Source of the DNA: an uncultured bacterium
GTDB taxonomy: Bacteria; Babelota; Babeliae; Babelales; Vermiphilaceae
Assembly: GCA_963719415.1 (NCBI GenBank)
Contig: OY970383.1
Coordinates: 748,100 to 812,099, forward strand
DNA: 64,000 nt
Reading direction: 5' to 3'
The notes beneath the pieces were generated by a model that had not been told where the DNA came from, searched no databases, and worked only from the letters and a program-made list of their open reading frames with translations. Below, in pieces: positions 63,770-64,000 of the stretch (positions within the stretch are counted from its first letter, which is position 1; every line of letters starts with the position of its first letter). The translations under genes were made by a program, and so were the position numbers.

Positions 63770-64000
63770 AAAATCCTTAAAACCTTGGTGCACTAAAACG
63801 GCTAACACAGCGAATTAATACTATATTTTTTTATTATTTTGTCAATGCAAATAGGCCGTTTTTTTATTTAAAAAGCTATATTTCATGGTATATTTTTATG
63901 TTATATTTTTATATGTTCATACAATAAGCAAAATAGATAGAACAAAACTTATAAAAAAAGAATATAATTATGATAAAAAAAAATGCCTTACTCGGCGCAC

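Noticed and set aside
1-64000. Alternative genetic code (in-frame stops in the ankyrin, IS and other genes)
   Set aside because: Conserved genes terminate at their expected lengths on TAA (cysS), TGA (secretin A) and TAG (aspS). All long housekeeping ORFs are uninterrupted under code 11. The interruptions are better explained as pseudogenisation or frameshifting.
63970-64000. Start of a plus-strand ORF (atgataaaaaaaaatgcc...) at the window edge
   Set aside because: Only ~10 codons are visible, with no clear RBS, which is too little to call.

Overview
This is a visibly AT-rich bacterial chromosome segment with long A/T homopolymers and Asn/Lys/Ile-rich proteins. It comes from a diderm organism: there are two secretins, MlaEF, and a beta-barrel outer-membrane protein ending in Phe. 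Standard code 11 applies, since conserved genes end in TAA, TGA and TAG. No rRNA, tRNA or CRISPR array was found. Recognisable housekeeping genes are cysS, trxA, tal, leuS, rpsA, ndk, uvrC, nth, secG, mlaEF, dcd, an enolase homologue, aspS, and a GntR-regulator/ABC-exporter pair. Between them lie accessory blocks typical of a host-associated, possibly amoeba-associated, lineage. A Dependentiae/TM6-like origin is only an inference. These blocks hold ankyrin-repeat genes, a decayed IS30 copy, an IS630-family element, several tandem paralogue arrays of secreted proteins, low-complexity poly-Q/poly-E/His-Asn tracts, and several frameshifted or nonsense-interrupted genes. The five findings I rank highest are: (1) A translationally coupled five-gene envelope operon (39410..48474) carries two secretins around a PilM-PilN fusion and a PilO/GspM-like gene, led by a GspC/PilP-like HR+PDZ protein, with no ATPase, platform or pilin genes nearby. 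(2) Two tandem ~907-aa paralogues (28723..34527) combine a polytopic membrane domain, GAF- and PAS-like blocks, a sigma54-type AAA+ domain with Walker A, Walker B and GAFTGA all destroyed, and a Fis-type HTH. (3) Six paralogous small secreted proteins form a tandem array interleaved with glycine-zipper membrane proteins (12610..18099). (4) A secreted protein is built from four tandem single-Cache domains with no output module. (5) The enolase homologue has several catalytic residues substituted. All family calls come from reading motifs by eye. No database search was run.
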